Positions 1 through 15,619 of a stretch of DNA of 64,000 nt are shown piece by piece. Each line of letters starts with the position of its first letter. The first letter of the stretch is position 1. Below the pieces are notes generated by a model, which was not told the DNA's origin, searched no databases, and saw nothing but the letters and a program-made list of their open reading frames with translations. The stretch is taken from NCBI GenBank assembly GCA_951406725.2, contig OX597832.1, forward strand, positions 20,832,001 to 20,896,000, in the 5' to 3' direction. The translations under genes were made by a program, and so were the position numbers. Source of the stretch: Octopus vulgaris. Lineage: Eukaryota.

Positions 1-733
1 ATACATACACATACATACATATATACATATATACATATATATATATATATACACACATATATATATTTATATATGGATTCATGCACACCCACGTACATAT
101 ATACATATATGTGTGTATGTGTGTGTGTTTGTATGTTTCTGTGTATTTATGTGTATATATATATGTATGTATGTATCCAAAATACATACTGACTGAGAAT
201 ATTAGAACGCGTGGTACCCATGATATACAAATATACGTTTATATGCGTATACATGTATACAACCACAAGCACACGCACGCACCTACCCATGCACGATCAC
301 GCGCACATGCACGCCTGCGCATTTATATATCGATACATAGACAGAAACGTAGACATGTTTGCGAACCCTTATCACGCATCGAACGAATTTTTTTCTGTTT
401 CCTTTAATACATTTAGGTTGCACCTCTCCTGCAGTCATTGCATAAAAATATATTAAGCTGAAGCACACTTTAAGCTGAGAGAAGCAGAATAGAGCGAAAT
501 TTAGGTATATACTGACAAAAGTAATTTTATGACAAATTAACAAGGAGGAGGCTAACGACATTTTAGGTTAATGAATGTAAGTTGAGTTAGAGTACGAACA
601 TAGTATTCTTAAAATATAAACGCTTCAAGAATATGGCTGACAGAAATTCTTCTCTGAGACATTTATAATAGATATAAGTACTGAAGGATTTCCGCTTTTG
701 AGCATTATGCATACAGGAAGTTTGGTATGTATG

Positions 734-803
<70 letters not shown>

Positions 804-993
804 TGCTGGGGGTGTTTGTCTGCCCTTCGTAAATGTATATAAGGACACAGGAAAATTTGTGTCAAAGCCATCAGGGCTAAACAGCGGTGGTGTAACTCCC
901 TACTGTCACGTTCACGTTAGATTGACTGTACACAACCATTCTATCGCCCCACCACCGTACATATCTCTATGCGAGATTTAGAAATTTAATATT

Positions 994-1123
<130 letters not shown>

Positions 1124-1824
1124 ATATATATATATGGATGTGTCTGTGTGTGTATTTGCATCCTACACGACCTAAAATGAAAAAGTTGCCTCGCCGGTGT
1201 ATGCACAACCTAAAGTTTTAGGTCCAGTAATGCTTGCACAGCTCCTCACAGACACTTGCAACCCTACTAATGTGATCCAGAGAAAGCCAGGACAAGATAT
1301 CCAGCGCCAATATGGGTCGCCGGCTCAATAATGTTGGAGCAACATGATCTCAAACGCAAGCAAAAGATAACCAAAATGTTCAATCTCTACATATCTTGTT
1401 TTAATACCAATTCCTGCATATTTGGTTTTAATTCAGAGTGACCTTCTGCTAGAGACATGTTTTAGAAAAAGCTGCGGGTTGCCTCACTCCCAGTGACCTA
1501 AGGTAGGTAATTTCATGTGTTCATGTGTTCTTTTTGCAGATGTAGTCTTTAGTCCTACCGGGCTTCTAGCAACCCTCCTCATCAGGAAAGCTTAGTGCAG
1601 GTTCCTGTTTTGTTACCGACTACCTGTATATGCAACAGGTTGACTGGTTTCTATGTTACCAGAACCAGTCAGGTGAGACCTCACAAGTGACCTGACATTA
1701 ATATAAGGGAAATTTAACAAATACAGCCGGTAAAACACTCAAGGTATCATACAAAAAGGGAAGCCGTTACTTTTCATCCCCGGTCGAATGAGGTCTGAGG
1801 CAATTGCAGCTCATTATGAACATG

Positions 1825-2205
1825 AGAGTTACACAAACACTAGAACTGGGCGCCACTGCCAAGGACACCAAACTTGCCATCAAGATGTAGGACAAGATAC
1901 TGCAATAGCCTGGGCTTCAGAGGTCCTCAGCTCTTCAATATCCTCCCGAAGGACCTGAGAGACCTGCATGGGGTGGATGTAGGTGTCTTCAAAATAAAGC
2001 TGGACCTCTTCCTGGCAGGTGTCCCAGATGAACCAGCTTCGCAGCAGGAGGTGCAGATGAAGGCAGCTGCTTCAAACTCTCTCATGCACCAAATGTCAAT
2101 TTCTAAAAAGCATTCGTGAAGTAAAATTATGTAGCAAAACTAAATTGCGGTGTCCCAGGATGGCCACAGCTCGTGAGCTGAAACTAGATAAAATAAAAAA
2201 GGAAA
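1825..2205 (+). mobile_element. 3' end of a CR1/L2-group LINE (ORF2 C-terminus, short 3' UTR, A-rich tail), 5'-truncated
   Basis: ORF 1874-2119 reads NSLGFRGPQLFNILPKDLRDL...VFKIKLDLFLAGVPDEP...AAASNSL. This matches the (W/F)NxLP...FKxxLD C-terminal signature of CR1/L2-group ORF2. An A-rich tract follows at ~2190-2209. Boundaries are approximate. Confidence 0.7.
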
Positions 2206-3224
2206 AAAATATGAGTGTACACATTTCGGTTCCCACGAATGCTGTCCAGAAGAGGACAAATATATAATCGACAATATGTATTCGAAAATATAGAAGCACT
2301 TCTGCACAACACATATTTACATCTATTGAGCAAAAGGAAAAATAGCTCGTATAACTGTAGGAATCACATGCTGTGGTTACAAAGAATATTAAAGATTCAA
2401 TGTTTTTCGGTGAGATTGCAAAGGAAAGCATACCAGTTATGAATGAAATGATGGTGAGTGTAAGAAAAAAATAAGGGCAGAATGAAGGGTGTTAGTGAGA
2501 AAAGCAGGAAAAAAGATAAATAGTAGGAGGTGAGGTGACAGGTAGCAGAACCAAAAACAAAATGAAAGGAATATGCTGAGGCAGAGAATTTGAATCAGAG
2601 GAAGAGAGATAGAGAGGTATTTGTATGGAAGTTGAATATCAAAAAGAGAGCAAAGTGCAGAGAGAGAAAAGAAAGAGATAGAAGTGGGGTAGAAAGAGGG
2701 AGAGGGAGAGGAAGAGGGAAAGAAATGTGTGAGGGAAACGAGTAACAGAGAGAGGGGTGAGATAAAGTAAAGCTGGGAAGAATAGCTCTGTGAGTGTAAG
2801 TGAGAGGGAGAGTGAATGAGAGAGAGAGAGAGAGAGAGAATGTGTTGGTGTGTGAGTGTGTGTTGACCGTTTCGACCAAATAGAGCACACGCTGATAGTA
2901 GTAGTAGTAGTAGTAGTAGTAGTTGTTGTTGTTGTTATTGTTGTTGTTGTAGGTATGACCTTGCCAGTAGCAGCCGAAACCTTGTGAAATATTGTCATTG
3001 TTACCAACAGAGAAAAATAAGCCACATCACGCTTCTTCATTATAAAGTTATCCATACGTCTATATTTTACATATACGCTTAAACACACACACACACAATA
3101 AACACACACACGCACATACATGTATATATATGCATATATATACATGCATATATAAATAAATAAATAAATAAATATATATATATATGTATATAAACATTAT
3201 CCGTATATTTACATATATATAGAC

Positions 3225-3264
<40 letters not shown>

Positions 3265-3386
3265 TATATGCATGTATGTATATATATATATATATATTCC
3301 ACATATGCATATATATATATGAATGTATGTATATATATATATATAGATAGATACCACATATGCATATATATATATATGAATGTATG

Positions 3387-3424
<38 letters not shown>

Positions 3425-3437
3425 TAGATACCACATA

Positions 3438-3500
<63 letters not shown>

Positions 3501-3910
3501 TGTATGTGTATGGGGTGTGTACGTATATGCAATTCAGATTCCATACTTCGATATACTGTAAACGAAGTGAAATAAACTTAGACGATTTATTGCAATAACC
3601 CCCAATAACTATGCATGGAAAATAAGTTAGCAGGAAGACATAAAAATAAAAAAGTAAATTAAAAAAAGCAATACCAGAAGTAGCAGCGGAGGTAGCAGCA
3701 ACAGCAGCAAGGGCAACAACTGTAAGAATAACATTTATAGAAACTACAGGAGCTGGAACAGAAGCAACAGAGGCGAGGATAAAATCTAACAAGAAGAACG
3801 GGGAAGACAACGATTAAACCATTTTATGAAGATACAGACTCACACACACATAAACACACACAAAGACAAACACATAGATATAGACATACACACACACACA
3901 CAAATATATA

Positions 3911-3952
<42 letters not shown>

Positions 3953-5673
3953 TATGTATATATATTTGTATATATGTGTGTATATCTGTAGATATGCAAT
4001 AAAACAGAAAAAAATGCAGACACTATCAAACAAAATTTGCAATACTTATATTAACAATAACAAAATGCTTCTGCAACAACGCAGACGATAATGAAATATG
4101 GCGGGTTTATACAGAGGAGGAAGAAACGAAAACGATAAAGAAAAGAAACAAAAAAAAAATGTATGAATTGGAATTAAAAGCTTATATATTAAATGTAGGT
4201 TTAGCTTTATTGCGGAATGCTATTGTTGAGAGAAGAATTACTACAATTTTTGCAATCATATCCTACGTGGAATCGATTGGCAAGCCCCGAGCTATGGAAC
4301 GTGACAATAACATCCTAATTTTTTCGTCAAACACTCAATTTTGTTGCCGAATCTAACTCTAAACTCTATAGCACTCTTCATTTTTTTTTTTTTTTTACTA
4401 GGTGGTTGAAATATGTGTATACGTGAATAAGCGTAGATATATTTATGCATATATCTATATGTGTGTTGTTATGTTTATACAATTATAACTCGTATAGAGA
4501 TAGATAGATAGATAGATAGATATATAGATAGATAGATAGATAGATACATTTACATATATATATATACACAGATATATATATATACAAATATTTGCACACA
4601 CTCACACACATCCATATATAAATATACATATGTATAGATATATATATATATATATAATATAAATATTTATATATATAAAATATACGTATATAGAGAGGGG
4701 GAGATAGATAGATACATATATACATACATACACGCATATATACATTCATACAATCATGCGTACATACATACGTACATGCATGCATACGTGCATACATACA
4801 TACGGACGTTAAACGATGATGATGATGATGATACATACATACTTACATACATACATATGTAATATTTAAGCTTGCGTTTATGTGTAATATTGCTATTGTG
4901 GCATTAAGCAGAAGCGGAAGTACCCGTTTTCGCCATTTCTCTTACATTCCAAACGCTTCAACGAATTGACTTCTCTTGTACTTAAATCTACCCGAGTCAT
5001 TAGAGCACTTGGTACCTTGTTTTGTGGTATTTTTTCTGAGTTTTTACCCTTCAAATTCAAACTCTGACTGGGCCAACTGTGCATTTCTTCCTTTCGATGT
5101 TGATAAAATCTTCTTTCATATTCATGAAGTTTCCTTCTACCTCTTTGAAAAACTCTTATTTTTATTTTTATCTTCGTTCTCGTTGTTGTTGTTATTATCA
5201 TTGGTGTTCGTTTCGTATGCTTGTTAGAAGCTTCTCGAAAATGGATGAAATTTTAATTTTTTTTTTACGACATTAAAGAATAACGATATCTTAAAGCGTT
5301 TGAAAGTGTAAGGTTTGGCTCAATTTCCTTGCGGTCAAACAAAGCTTCGTCCTTAGATATTCATGATACCTCTGCAAGCAATTACATTTCATACTTGCTA
5401 CTGAGTTGATATGATCTACTTTGTGAAAGTAGAAAATGGTGAGGACCTCAAATGATGCTGCAACAAATATTCCTGCAAAAAGTTTAAAACGAGAAAGAAA
5501 ACAACAAAACAATAAAATTTATTAAAAATGGTAGGCAGGAATACTACACATATGAACGCATACAAAATTGTAAATTTATTCATACTTCGGTATATATGCA
5601 TGGCGAAAGAGCAACTTAAATACCAAAACCAACAACAATATTATATTTAATGACATACCGTACGAAAGAGATA

Positions 5674-5850
5674 TCTATTACATAAAATCCGTTCTGTCTG
5701 TCTGCGTCTGTGTCTTCTAGGATCTCGGGCAACTTCCATCGGATTGCGTTCAAATTTGATATGTAGATAACGACGGTATCAGGGCGTGTATAAGTCTTGA
5801 AAAAATTACAAAAATCGATTCCAGGTGAGAATGCGATCGACAAAGCCGTT
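5674..5850 (+). mobile_element. Probable 5' fragment of a non-autonomous Helitron
   Basis: Starts A|TCTATTACATAAAATCC, followed by GTCTGTCTG repeats and CATCGGATTGCGTTCAAATTTG. This is the same architecture as the element at 11723. No 3' end found. Confidence 0.4.
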
Positions 5851-6496
5851 TTTGTCCTGCTTTTCTTCCGTCAACCTGTACACAACCGAACCTTCCATCT
5901 TCTTTTGCTTTTGTACTGCTTAAAGGCACGTTTCTTTCCTGCCAAGCTTACTGTTTAAACCTTGTTTATGTTCTCCCAGTCAACAGCCTTATCATTACTG
6001 GTACTTTAAACTCTTCGGTTGCATATTGGTGTGAATAAAATCGTTTATCTTTGAAATAGAAAAAATTCTATCTTTATTTCTTTTTTTGCTGGTGTCTCAA
6101 ATTTAGGTTTGATCAGTGTTTCTCAAAGGGGAGGCCAATGGGACAGTCGGACAAGTTGCTTTGAGAAAATTTGGTTTTAATGTACAAGATTTCTAGCAAG
6201 TTCGCATTGAGTTTATTTATTTACTTATTTATTATTTATTTATTTATTTATAGAGCAGCTTACTACAATGTAGATTGGACATGATTTTTCCGTGTTCCAT
6301 ATTCACTGAATATTATTTAATTTTCCCTCTTCGATTTTCTTTAATTTTTCACCCATGACTTCTCCAATACAAAAAAAAAAAAAAGAAATAAAAAAAACTC
6401 GCCTCAGTTCTCATTCACATTTTAAACAAAATCTCTTTCTCTGGTTCCTCGCATCATATTTTTATTTTTATTTTTATGCCTGCTGTTGATTTACTA

Positions 6497-6647
6497 GGCG
6501 CAGGAGTGGCTGTGTGGTAAGTCGCTTGCTTACCAACCACATGGTTCCGGGTTCAGTCCCTCTGCGTTGCACCTTGGGCAAGTGTCTTCTACTATAGCCT
6601 CGGGTTGACGAAAGCCTTGTGGCAGACAGAAACTGAAAGAAGCCCGT

Positions 6648-6696
<49 letters not shown>

Positions 6697-6943
6697 TTGT
6701 GTGTGTGTGTATATGTTTGTGTTTCTGTGTTTGTGTGTCTGTGTTTGTCCCCCCAACATCACTTGACAACCGATGGTGGTGTGTTTACGTCCCCCATAAC
6801 TTAGCAGTTCGGCAAATGGGATGCATAGAATAAGTATTAGACTTACTAAGAATAAGTCCTGGGGTCGATTTGCTCGACTAAAGGCGGTGCTCCAGCAAGG
6901 CCGCAGTCAAATGACTGAGACAAGTAAAAGACAGTAAAAAAGA
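6497..6943 (+). mobile_element. tRNA-derived SINE family A, near full length, with internal (TA)n/(TG)n microsatellite
   Basis: Pol III A box TGGCTGTGTGG and B box GGTTCAGTCCC, body ACCTTGGGCAAGTGTCTTCTACTATAGCC, and 3' tail GGCGGTGCTCCAGCA..GGCCGCAGTCAAATGACTGA..AGTAAAAGA. Many similar copies occur in the window. Confidence 0.85.
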
Positions 6944-7829
6944 GTTATGCCTGCAGTTGATTTACAGAAATGCTTGTTCATCTCTTCAATGGAGAACTTC
7001 ATTTATTGCATTTGTCGTCGAATCATGCTGTGGTGCTTCGTATTTTGTTTTGTATTCTGTTTTCTGCGTCATAATTTCTCTTGTGGTGCCTTTATTTATT
7101 CTTCACGGTTCGTTTTGGCTCCCGTTCCCGCTCGTATTCTGTCAGAGCGTTGCTGACAACCCGATGGTCCCGTTGTGCTAAACTATTACGGTGTTATCAG
7201 CGTTTCACTCCTAACGTCCAAAACAAAATGGCTGGAACATTTCCTCAGGACCCGGGTCCGTAATGTAAAAACTTACATGTGTTATTTAAACAGATCGACA
7301 AACAGAATTTCACAATTTTGCGAGTTTGCTGCCTTAAAGAATAATAATAATATTGATGGTGATGTCAGTGATGATGAAGATGATGATGGTGATGATGAGG
7401 ATGAAGATGATGATGGAGATGATGATGATGATGATAACGACAACGACGACGTTGAGGAAGATGATGAAGATGATGACGACGACGACAACAACGACGGCGA
7501 CGACGAAGACAATGATGAGGAGGAAGAGGAGGAGGAGGTGGAGGAAGAGGAAGATGACGACGTGGACGACGAAGACGAAGAAAACAACAATGATGATAGT
7601 GAAGATGATAACAAAGGGGATGATGATGATGATGATGATGACGACAACGACGACGATCACGACGACAATGATGACAATGATGATGATGATGTTGATGATG
7701 ACTTCTGCTATTTCCTTTAGGGGCATAGATGATGGGGATAACTGAAGGGCAGTCTACACCTTGTGTGGCGATTTATATAAATGATGAGAGAAAGAAAGGG
7801 AAAGAACAGCGAAAAGAAATGAATGAAAT

Positions 7830-8400
7830 ATACCCAGCATACAATACATGTGACCACATGAATGACACCGGTCCAGTTGATACAGGAGAACCCCCAAATA
7901 GTGTCAATCAACGAACACCATAGACCCAGGACTGCGCCGACCACCAAAGTACAAGCTCTCGCCAGAATGTTATTCTCCAGTCTACCGGCGCATGCGTAGA
8001 TCAGATTCATTCATCCTAACACTTTTGCAACTGTCCACCATCTTTACATAAATTGCCTGGGAGAGAACACTTTTCCCTTCACCTCGTATTCGTTTCTAAA
8101 TAGAACCGGTGCTTTCAACGTGATATGGCCGTAATATAAGGGTTTTCTAGAAGTTATCAATCTTATTTTCCGATACTTAAGTCCTTTGAAACAGATCAGA
8201 TTGTTCAGGTAACTCTGGGCAATGTAGAGTCTCCCCGCTTCAACGAGAACGCCATTGTTCAACACCGCCACTATATTTCTATACATTATTAACAAAAAAC
8301 CTTCCATAGACCGCTTTGCTCTACTGGTAGAGACTGATGCTATTTTGGATAACAGGACAGCAATCCTCACGGAGGCATTATTCGATTGCATCGATCCCAA
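7830..8400 (-). mobile_element. Highly decayed 3' end of an L1/Tx1-like LINE (ORF2 C-terminus and UTR)
   Basis: Minus-strand translation ends ...EVKGKVFSPRQFM*RWWTVAKV, which resembles the R-x-E...F-xxx-W tail of Tx1/L1 ORF2. The similarity is weak and judged from memory. Confidence 0.35.
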
Positions 8401-8492
8401 TATTAAACTGAAACTCTATGCTTTGGACTCCGAAACAATGAAAGGCAAAGTCGATCTCAATTATATTTGAACTACTACTACTGCTACTACTG

Positions 8493-8553
<61 letters not shown>

Positions 8554-8720
8554 AACAACAACAACAACCACTACCACGACTATTTCTAATAATAATAATA
8601 ATAATAATTATAATAATAATAGTAACAACAACAGTAACAATAAAAATTAGTGTAAAATTATATTCATATAAATACTACATACACCTATAAATATATATAT
8701 ATAATAATAATATTAATAAC

Positions 8721-8770
<50 letters not shown>

Positions 8771-8793
8771 TGATGATGATGATGATGATGATG

Positions 8794-8827
<34 letters not shown>

Positions 8828-8837
8828 TAATAATATG

Positions 8838-8925
<88 letters not shown>

Positions 8926-9723
8926 TGATGATGATGATGATGTCATTACTGATGATGATAAGAATGGCAAAGCGAAGGAAAACAGGGAAGGAAAAGCAGA
9001 GATGGCAACATCGAAGAAGAAGAAGAAGAAGAAGAAGAAGAAGAAGAAGAAGAAGAAGGAGGAGGAGGAGGAAGAAGAAGAAGAAGAAGAAGAAGAAGAA
9101 GAAGAAGAAGAAAAACAACAACAAATTCAGCAACAACAACAATATTAGCACCAGTAACAATAACAACAACCATAATAACAAGAGTGAGAAGAACCATGAA
9201 AACATGTCCTAAAGACTTTGCATGTCAACACGCGCCATGCTATCAAAGCAACTACAATGGAAATGGCGTCCATTTTGCTTATGGATGAGTTGTGAGTACC
9301 ATGACATTATCTTTGAGGTCCTTCACATAATTCCTTAATCAGAGTTATGGACACAGCATATTGAAATAAAAAAAGAAGGGAAAATACAAGTCGGGCTTCA
9401 TTCATAAACTGACATTTCATGCACAAACATATATCCAAGACGAGAATAACAAAATACAAAATACAAGCGAACTTAAAAGTTGAGCGACATGAGCAAACTT
9501 TTACACAAAGCGACACGCTTCGTAAAAAAAAATATAAATACTGATAAACACGTATGTTGTTTGGGTGTGTTTTGTGTACGTATACGAATGTAAACACAAA
9601 TATACATACACACACACACATGTACAAAAACACGTTTATACATACGGTCACTAAAAAATACAGGAACAAATGAGTGTATTAGTATAAGAATATATGTACG
9701 TATGTGTGTGTATATATATACAT

Positions 9724-9756
<33 letters not shown>

Positions 9757-9871
9757 CACATACATGTACGTACATATACGTATACATATGTGTATATATA
9801 TTTTCATATATATACATATATATGTATATACATATGTATGTATATATATATGTATATATATGTATACACAC

Positions 9872-9909
<38 letters not shown>

Positions 9910-10040
9910 TAACTACAATTTAAAGCATAAATTACACGACAATTAATCAATATGCATCTAAACAGAAATACATACATACATACATATATACATATATATG
10001 TATACATACATATATATATATATATGTATGTATGTATATA

Positions 10041-10071
<31 letters not shown>

Positions 10072-10550
10072 GAAAGTATGTGTGTGCTTGTGCGTGTGTA
10101 TAGATATATATATATATATGCGTGTGTATGTATGTGTGTGCATCTGGATGTGCGTGTGTGTGTGTATCTGAGAATATGTTTACTTCGACTGATATTAAAA
10201 ATATTTTTTAAAAAAAGCAAAAACAATCATTTGCGATTCGCTGTTTTTGTTTACGTTGTATCGTCTGTGTTTTGTTTCTTTTTCTTCTTTGCAAATGATC
10301 ATAACGTTTATGTTATTCTTTTTTTTTTCATGAATGCCAGTCATAATCATCATCATCATCATTATCATTATTACTTTACTCCTCATTCTCCTCTTCATCC
10401 TCATTATCATCATCGTTGTCACCGGCACCACCATCCACACCATCATCACCAATCAACTCAACAACAAACACCGCCATCCTTATCATCATTATTATCACCA
10501 TCATCATCATCACCATCATCATCGTCACCATCATCATCATCACCATTATC

Positions 10551-10581
<31 letters not shown>

Positions 10582-10769
10582 CCATCATCATCTTTCTTAC
10601 CATCACCATGATCATCATCACCAGGATCATCATCATCATTATCATCATCATCATCACCATCATCCTCATCACCATCATCATCATCAACACCTGAATTATG
10701 ATCGTCATCGTGATTATAATCACGACCGTTCTTAGTATCATTCCTAACATTATCACAATAAATAACAGC

Positions 10770-10980
10770 AGGAATGGCAGAACCGCTTAAATTGTTGAAC
10801 AAATCGGTTACGGTATGTTTTTCAACACATTGATTTCTAAGATCAAATTCTGCAAACAGCTACGTTATCTTTCACTCCTAAGGGGTCAATAAAAAAAAAG
10901 TACCAGTAAAATACTGGAGCAATATATCTGTTAATCAGACGAGATAACTTTGTAGCCCTGAGCCTATGCTACAAACATAA
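10770..10980 (+). mobile_element. Degenerate SINE family B copy
   Basis: TCAAATTCTGC..CTTTCACTCCTAAGGGGTCAATAAAA..GTACCAGT aligns by eye with the family B core seen at 55782. Confidence 0.5.
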
Positions 10981-11644
10981 AAATAAATGATGGATTAATA
11001 CAACCGTGAGAACACGGGAAATATTGCCTTATGATAATACTTCTAGCTAATAAAATAAACAGACTTTGAGCACAAGAGTTGATGCAACCGATTTACCCAC
11101 GTTCACCAAATTACTGGTCTCGAGCCGAATGTTAAAACCAATACATTTCTCGAAGCTCAGGCCGCGAGCCGGCAAAATCGTTCATACGTTCAGGACAAAA
11201 TGCATAGCGACATTTTTCACGCTTTACCGTTCTGCGGTAAAATTCAGGATGTAACGTAGCCAAGTTACGCATCATTATCTGACAGTTTCAAGTAGATATA
11301 GTAAGGTATTAGACAAGTATTAGACACCGTGCAATCGAATTTTGTATCTAAGTTAAAACACAATAACAACAGAATGGCGATTATCGTTTTTATATAGGTA
11401 AATTTCTTCTTTCTTTTATTTCCATTGCACAACAATTTTGTTGTTGCTGTTGTTGTGGTTGAGAAGACATAGGTTGTATTGCAGTATGATTTCTTGTTTT
11501 ATTAAACTTGATATTTACGTACGTTGCCCCCCCCCCCTTGCTTCTCCCACATGCACACATAGACACAGACGCACACACTCACACGCTTGTATATATGTAT
11601 ACATAGATATACATATATATATATATATATATATGTTTATATAT

Positions 11645-11678
<34 letters not shown>

Positions 11679-11722
11679 GTGTGTATGTATGTATTCATAG
11701 AAGGAGTATATATCTTTCTATA

Positions 11723-12070
11723 TCTCTCTATATATAAACGGCAGTTTGTCTGTGCGTGTTTCTGTGTGTCTGTTTGCTTGTACCCTCACCCTGACCACGG
11801 CTTTCAACCGATTCTGATGAAACTTAACACACACATAGCCCAATGTCATAATTCAAAACTAACGCAGCGAAAATTTTGAAAAGTTCCCCAGTTCTGAAAA
11901 AATCGATAAATTCGACATGGGGTCGAGAATTAGAAACACAAACCGCAAACTGTCTAGGGGACGCAACTCCACCTTTTTAACTAAAAAAAAATTACCATCA
12001 TTTTTTTTGCTAGCTATAACTCTCTAAAATGTTTATTTCCCTTACAAACCTGAGCAACGCCGGGCGATAC

Positions 12071-12073
<3 letters not shown>
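11723..12073 (+). mobile_element. Non-autonomous Helitron-like element
   Basis: 5' A|TCTCTCTATATATAAA followed by a TTTGTCTGT-rich segment. A GC-rich 3' subterminal hairpin CCTGAGCAACGCCGGG (12049-12064) is followed by CGATACTGC. The expected terminal CTAG is missing and is replaced by (TA)n. Confidence 0.65.
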
Positions 12074-12127
<54 letters not shown>

Positions 12128-12132
<5 letters not shown>

Positions 12133-12313
12133 ATCCAAACATGAACAAGCAAAGAAAAACAACAACGCGAGGACGTGGTATAAGTGCAGTGTTATTGGAA
12201 GCTCAGGAAAGGAAAGGAAAGGAAAGAAAAAGGAGCTTTTCGTCAGAAATTTAGAAAAGGTCCGAAGAAGGGAAGACGAAGAAAGAAAACCGGCAACGAT
12301 ACACACGCGGTCG
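12128..12313 (-). mobile_element. ~190-bp TA-inserted element of the hammerhead-bearing family, with the ribozyme 3' half deleted
   Basis: Homologous to 22322-22520 (GTTAATCCAAAC..CAACAACGCGAGGACGTGG..GCTCAGGAAAG). The minus strand keeps TTTCTGACGA but lacks GAAAC. Flanked by (TA)n on both sides. Confidence 0.75.
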
Positions 12314-12372
<59 letters not shown>

Positions 12373-12492
12373 ATATATTCATAGGAGTATATATCTTTCT
12401 ATACACTTTTATGTAACCATTTATATATATATATATATAAGCACATACATTTATAGGTGTGTAATATTTATATGCATATAATTAATACACTG

Positions 12493-12528
<36 letters not shown>

Positions 12529-12870
12529 GCTTGGAGGCACGCATATACACATATATATGTACATACATACATACATACGTACGACACTTTAAAATTTACG
12601 CGTATATGTGTATGCTCACTCACTCACACACACACACGTGTTGTGCCAATGGTGATGTGAACGCGTGTTTAAGTCACTAGATACCCCTGTGCATACATCC
12701 ATGAGTGTGAATTATTGTCTGCAGCCACATAATTATTGTCCACATCTACAAACGTATGCATTCATGCATAAACGCACGTATATACTCACACATACACAAA
12801 CACACACATACACACACATAAGTGCATAGGGTCGGGCGTTCGGACACAAAAAACACGTATGAGAAGAATA

Positions 12871-12927
<57 letters not shown>

Positions 12928-13136
12928 TTTACACATAATATATATTCATGTCTTCAATTATGTACACGCAAATGCACATATATTAGGCTTAAATTCTAAA
13001 TACCCACACTTGCACCCAGAAAAAAATCGTATCAAAATTTATATATATATAATGGTAATGATATTTTATAAATATATATAATCAAGTAATAATAATAATA
13101 ATAATGATAACAATAATAATAATAATGATAATAATG

Positions 13137-13326
<190 letters not shown>

Positions 13327-13455
13327 GCGACAAGAACAGCAATAATAATGCAGGCTTTTATCACTCTCTCCTACCACCATCATCATCATCATCATCATCA
13401 TTATCGTTATTTTTATGATTTTTGATATTATTATTGCTATTATTATTATCATATT

Positions 13456-13487
<32 letters not shown>

Positions 13488-13522
13488 TATTATAATTATT
13501 ATTGATGTTGTTCTTCTTGCTG

Positions 13523-13593
<71 letters not shown>

Positions 13594-13986
13594 GTTGTTG
13601 TTGTTATCATTATTATTATTATTATTTTGTCTCAATATTCTTATACATTAGTGATTATTATTATAATACATATTTTTTTTGTATCTTCTAATTTTTTTTT
13701 TCATTTGTGTTTATTTTTATTTTTATTTCCTTTTGTTGTTGATATTATTTATGCGTGCGTCGCTGGTCAGAATTAGCAGTTAACTTTCAAATAACACGAC
13801 CTCCCGCGGGGAAATTAATCGGAGTTCAGACTAGCTTCGATTCTTTGAAAACAGACGTTCAATACCTCTGACATTTAAAATCGTCACATACATTCCAGTC
13901 AATGTATGGATCTACCTATTCATAAACAAATATACTTTTGGATACAACCATGCCTGCTGAATATACATACATACATATGTATATAC

Positions 13987-14058
<72 letters not shown>

Positions 14059-15619
14059 ATATATGTATATATATATATGCATATATATATGTATATATAT
14101 ATATACATATATATATACATGTACATATATATACATATACATATATATATGCATATACAAATATACATATACATATACATACATATATATATATATATAC
14201 ATGTTTGTGTGTATGTATATATATATATATAAATATATATACACACACACATATATATATACACACATATATATATATATATACACATTTATATATTCAT
14301 ATATATATATACATATATATATATTCATATATAGATGCATATACATATACATATATGTATGTGCCTGTGTGTGTGCACTAGAAAAAGTAGATGTGTGTAC
14401 TATACAAATATTTATATCCAATGAGGCATATAAGAGTGAGCAAAAAATTATATGCGTTTGTCTTAAATGGTATTTATTTGAATAGATGCATATACACACG
14501 CGTACACTTGTAAGTATACGCGAAAAATATCTTAAAGGCTTACATCTATGCAGTTATCAATGTATCTGCCTGCATACGTACAGAAACACACACATATACT
14601 TACATGCATATATGTGTATGCTTAAATGTACATGCACAATTATATTCATGGATATCGTAATGCCGAATGTGTGCGCGCATGTGTGTGTGTGTGCTTATGT
14701 GTGTATGATAGCGTCCCTATATATATATGTGTGTGTGTGTGTATGCATGTATGTATATATATATATATATGTATATATATGTATTTATATGAATATATAT
14801 AATATATTTATGTATGTATGCGTGTGTATATCTTTCTCTTACTTTGCTCTCAATGAATGATACCAAAACAGTCACAGATACACACCCACACATATACGCA
14901 CACGCAGGCACATCCACCCCCACACACACACACACATACTTACACACCACACACATACACCAAACATATACCATACACGCACGTAGGTCCTCACACACAT
15001 GCACACACACACACACGCATAAATTTGTACACATTGTGATATGAACATTCTAAATCTTGGTCAATACTAGTCCTATAGTAAATATATCTATTTGTTATTT
15101 TACAGAGAAACACTTCGTCCAGCAGCGCTAAACTTGAATTAACTGACGATAATATTTATATTCGTATGGTTGGATGCATCCACACACACACATACACACA
15201 CATACATAAACATACATATACACAAATATATATATATATATACACAAACACATATAAATAGATCGACCCATGTATATGCACACATATCTATATATATATG
15301 TATATAGTTATATATCACATCACACTCACACATATATATATACCTGTATATATTCATGTATGTATGTATGTATATATATATATACACATATAAATATATA
15401 TATACATTCATAGATATGAGCGTGTGTGTGTATGAGTGTGTGTATGTATACATATAGTGGTTTAAATAAATCGTACTCTTCTCTCCAATCCAAAACTGTT
15501 TGCCCAGTTAACAAAATGTCGAACTATCAAACGTTGTTTCTCATCAGTTAGTTTGAAAGACTGCAGTTCTCTTTTCTAGTTATTGAAATGTTTCCTTCGC
15601 CTCCCCCCTACCGCAAAAT

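Noticed and set aside
1550-1590. CTGATGA on the minus strand suggesting another hammerhead
   Set aside because: No correctly placed GAAA or stem II, and no stem I pairing.
7175-7720. Asp/Glu-rich ORF resembling an acidic biomineralisation protein
   Set aside because: It is a (GAT/GAC/GAG)n mosaic open in several frames on both strands, with no ATG start, signal peptide or clear splice context. Similar tracts recur throughout the window.
10334-10735. His-rich ORF resembling a histidine-rich structural protein
   Set aside because: It is a (CAT/CAC)n microsatellite with no non-repetitive coding flanks.
11814-11823. CTGATGAAAC inside the Helitron
   Set aside because: No room for stem II between CUGAUGA and GAAA, so this is a chance match.
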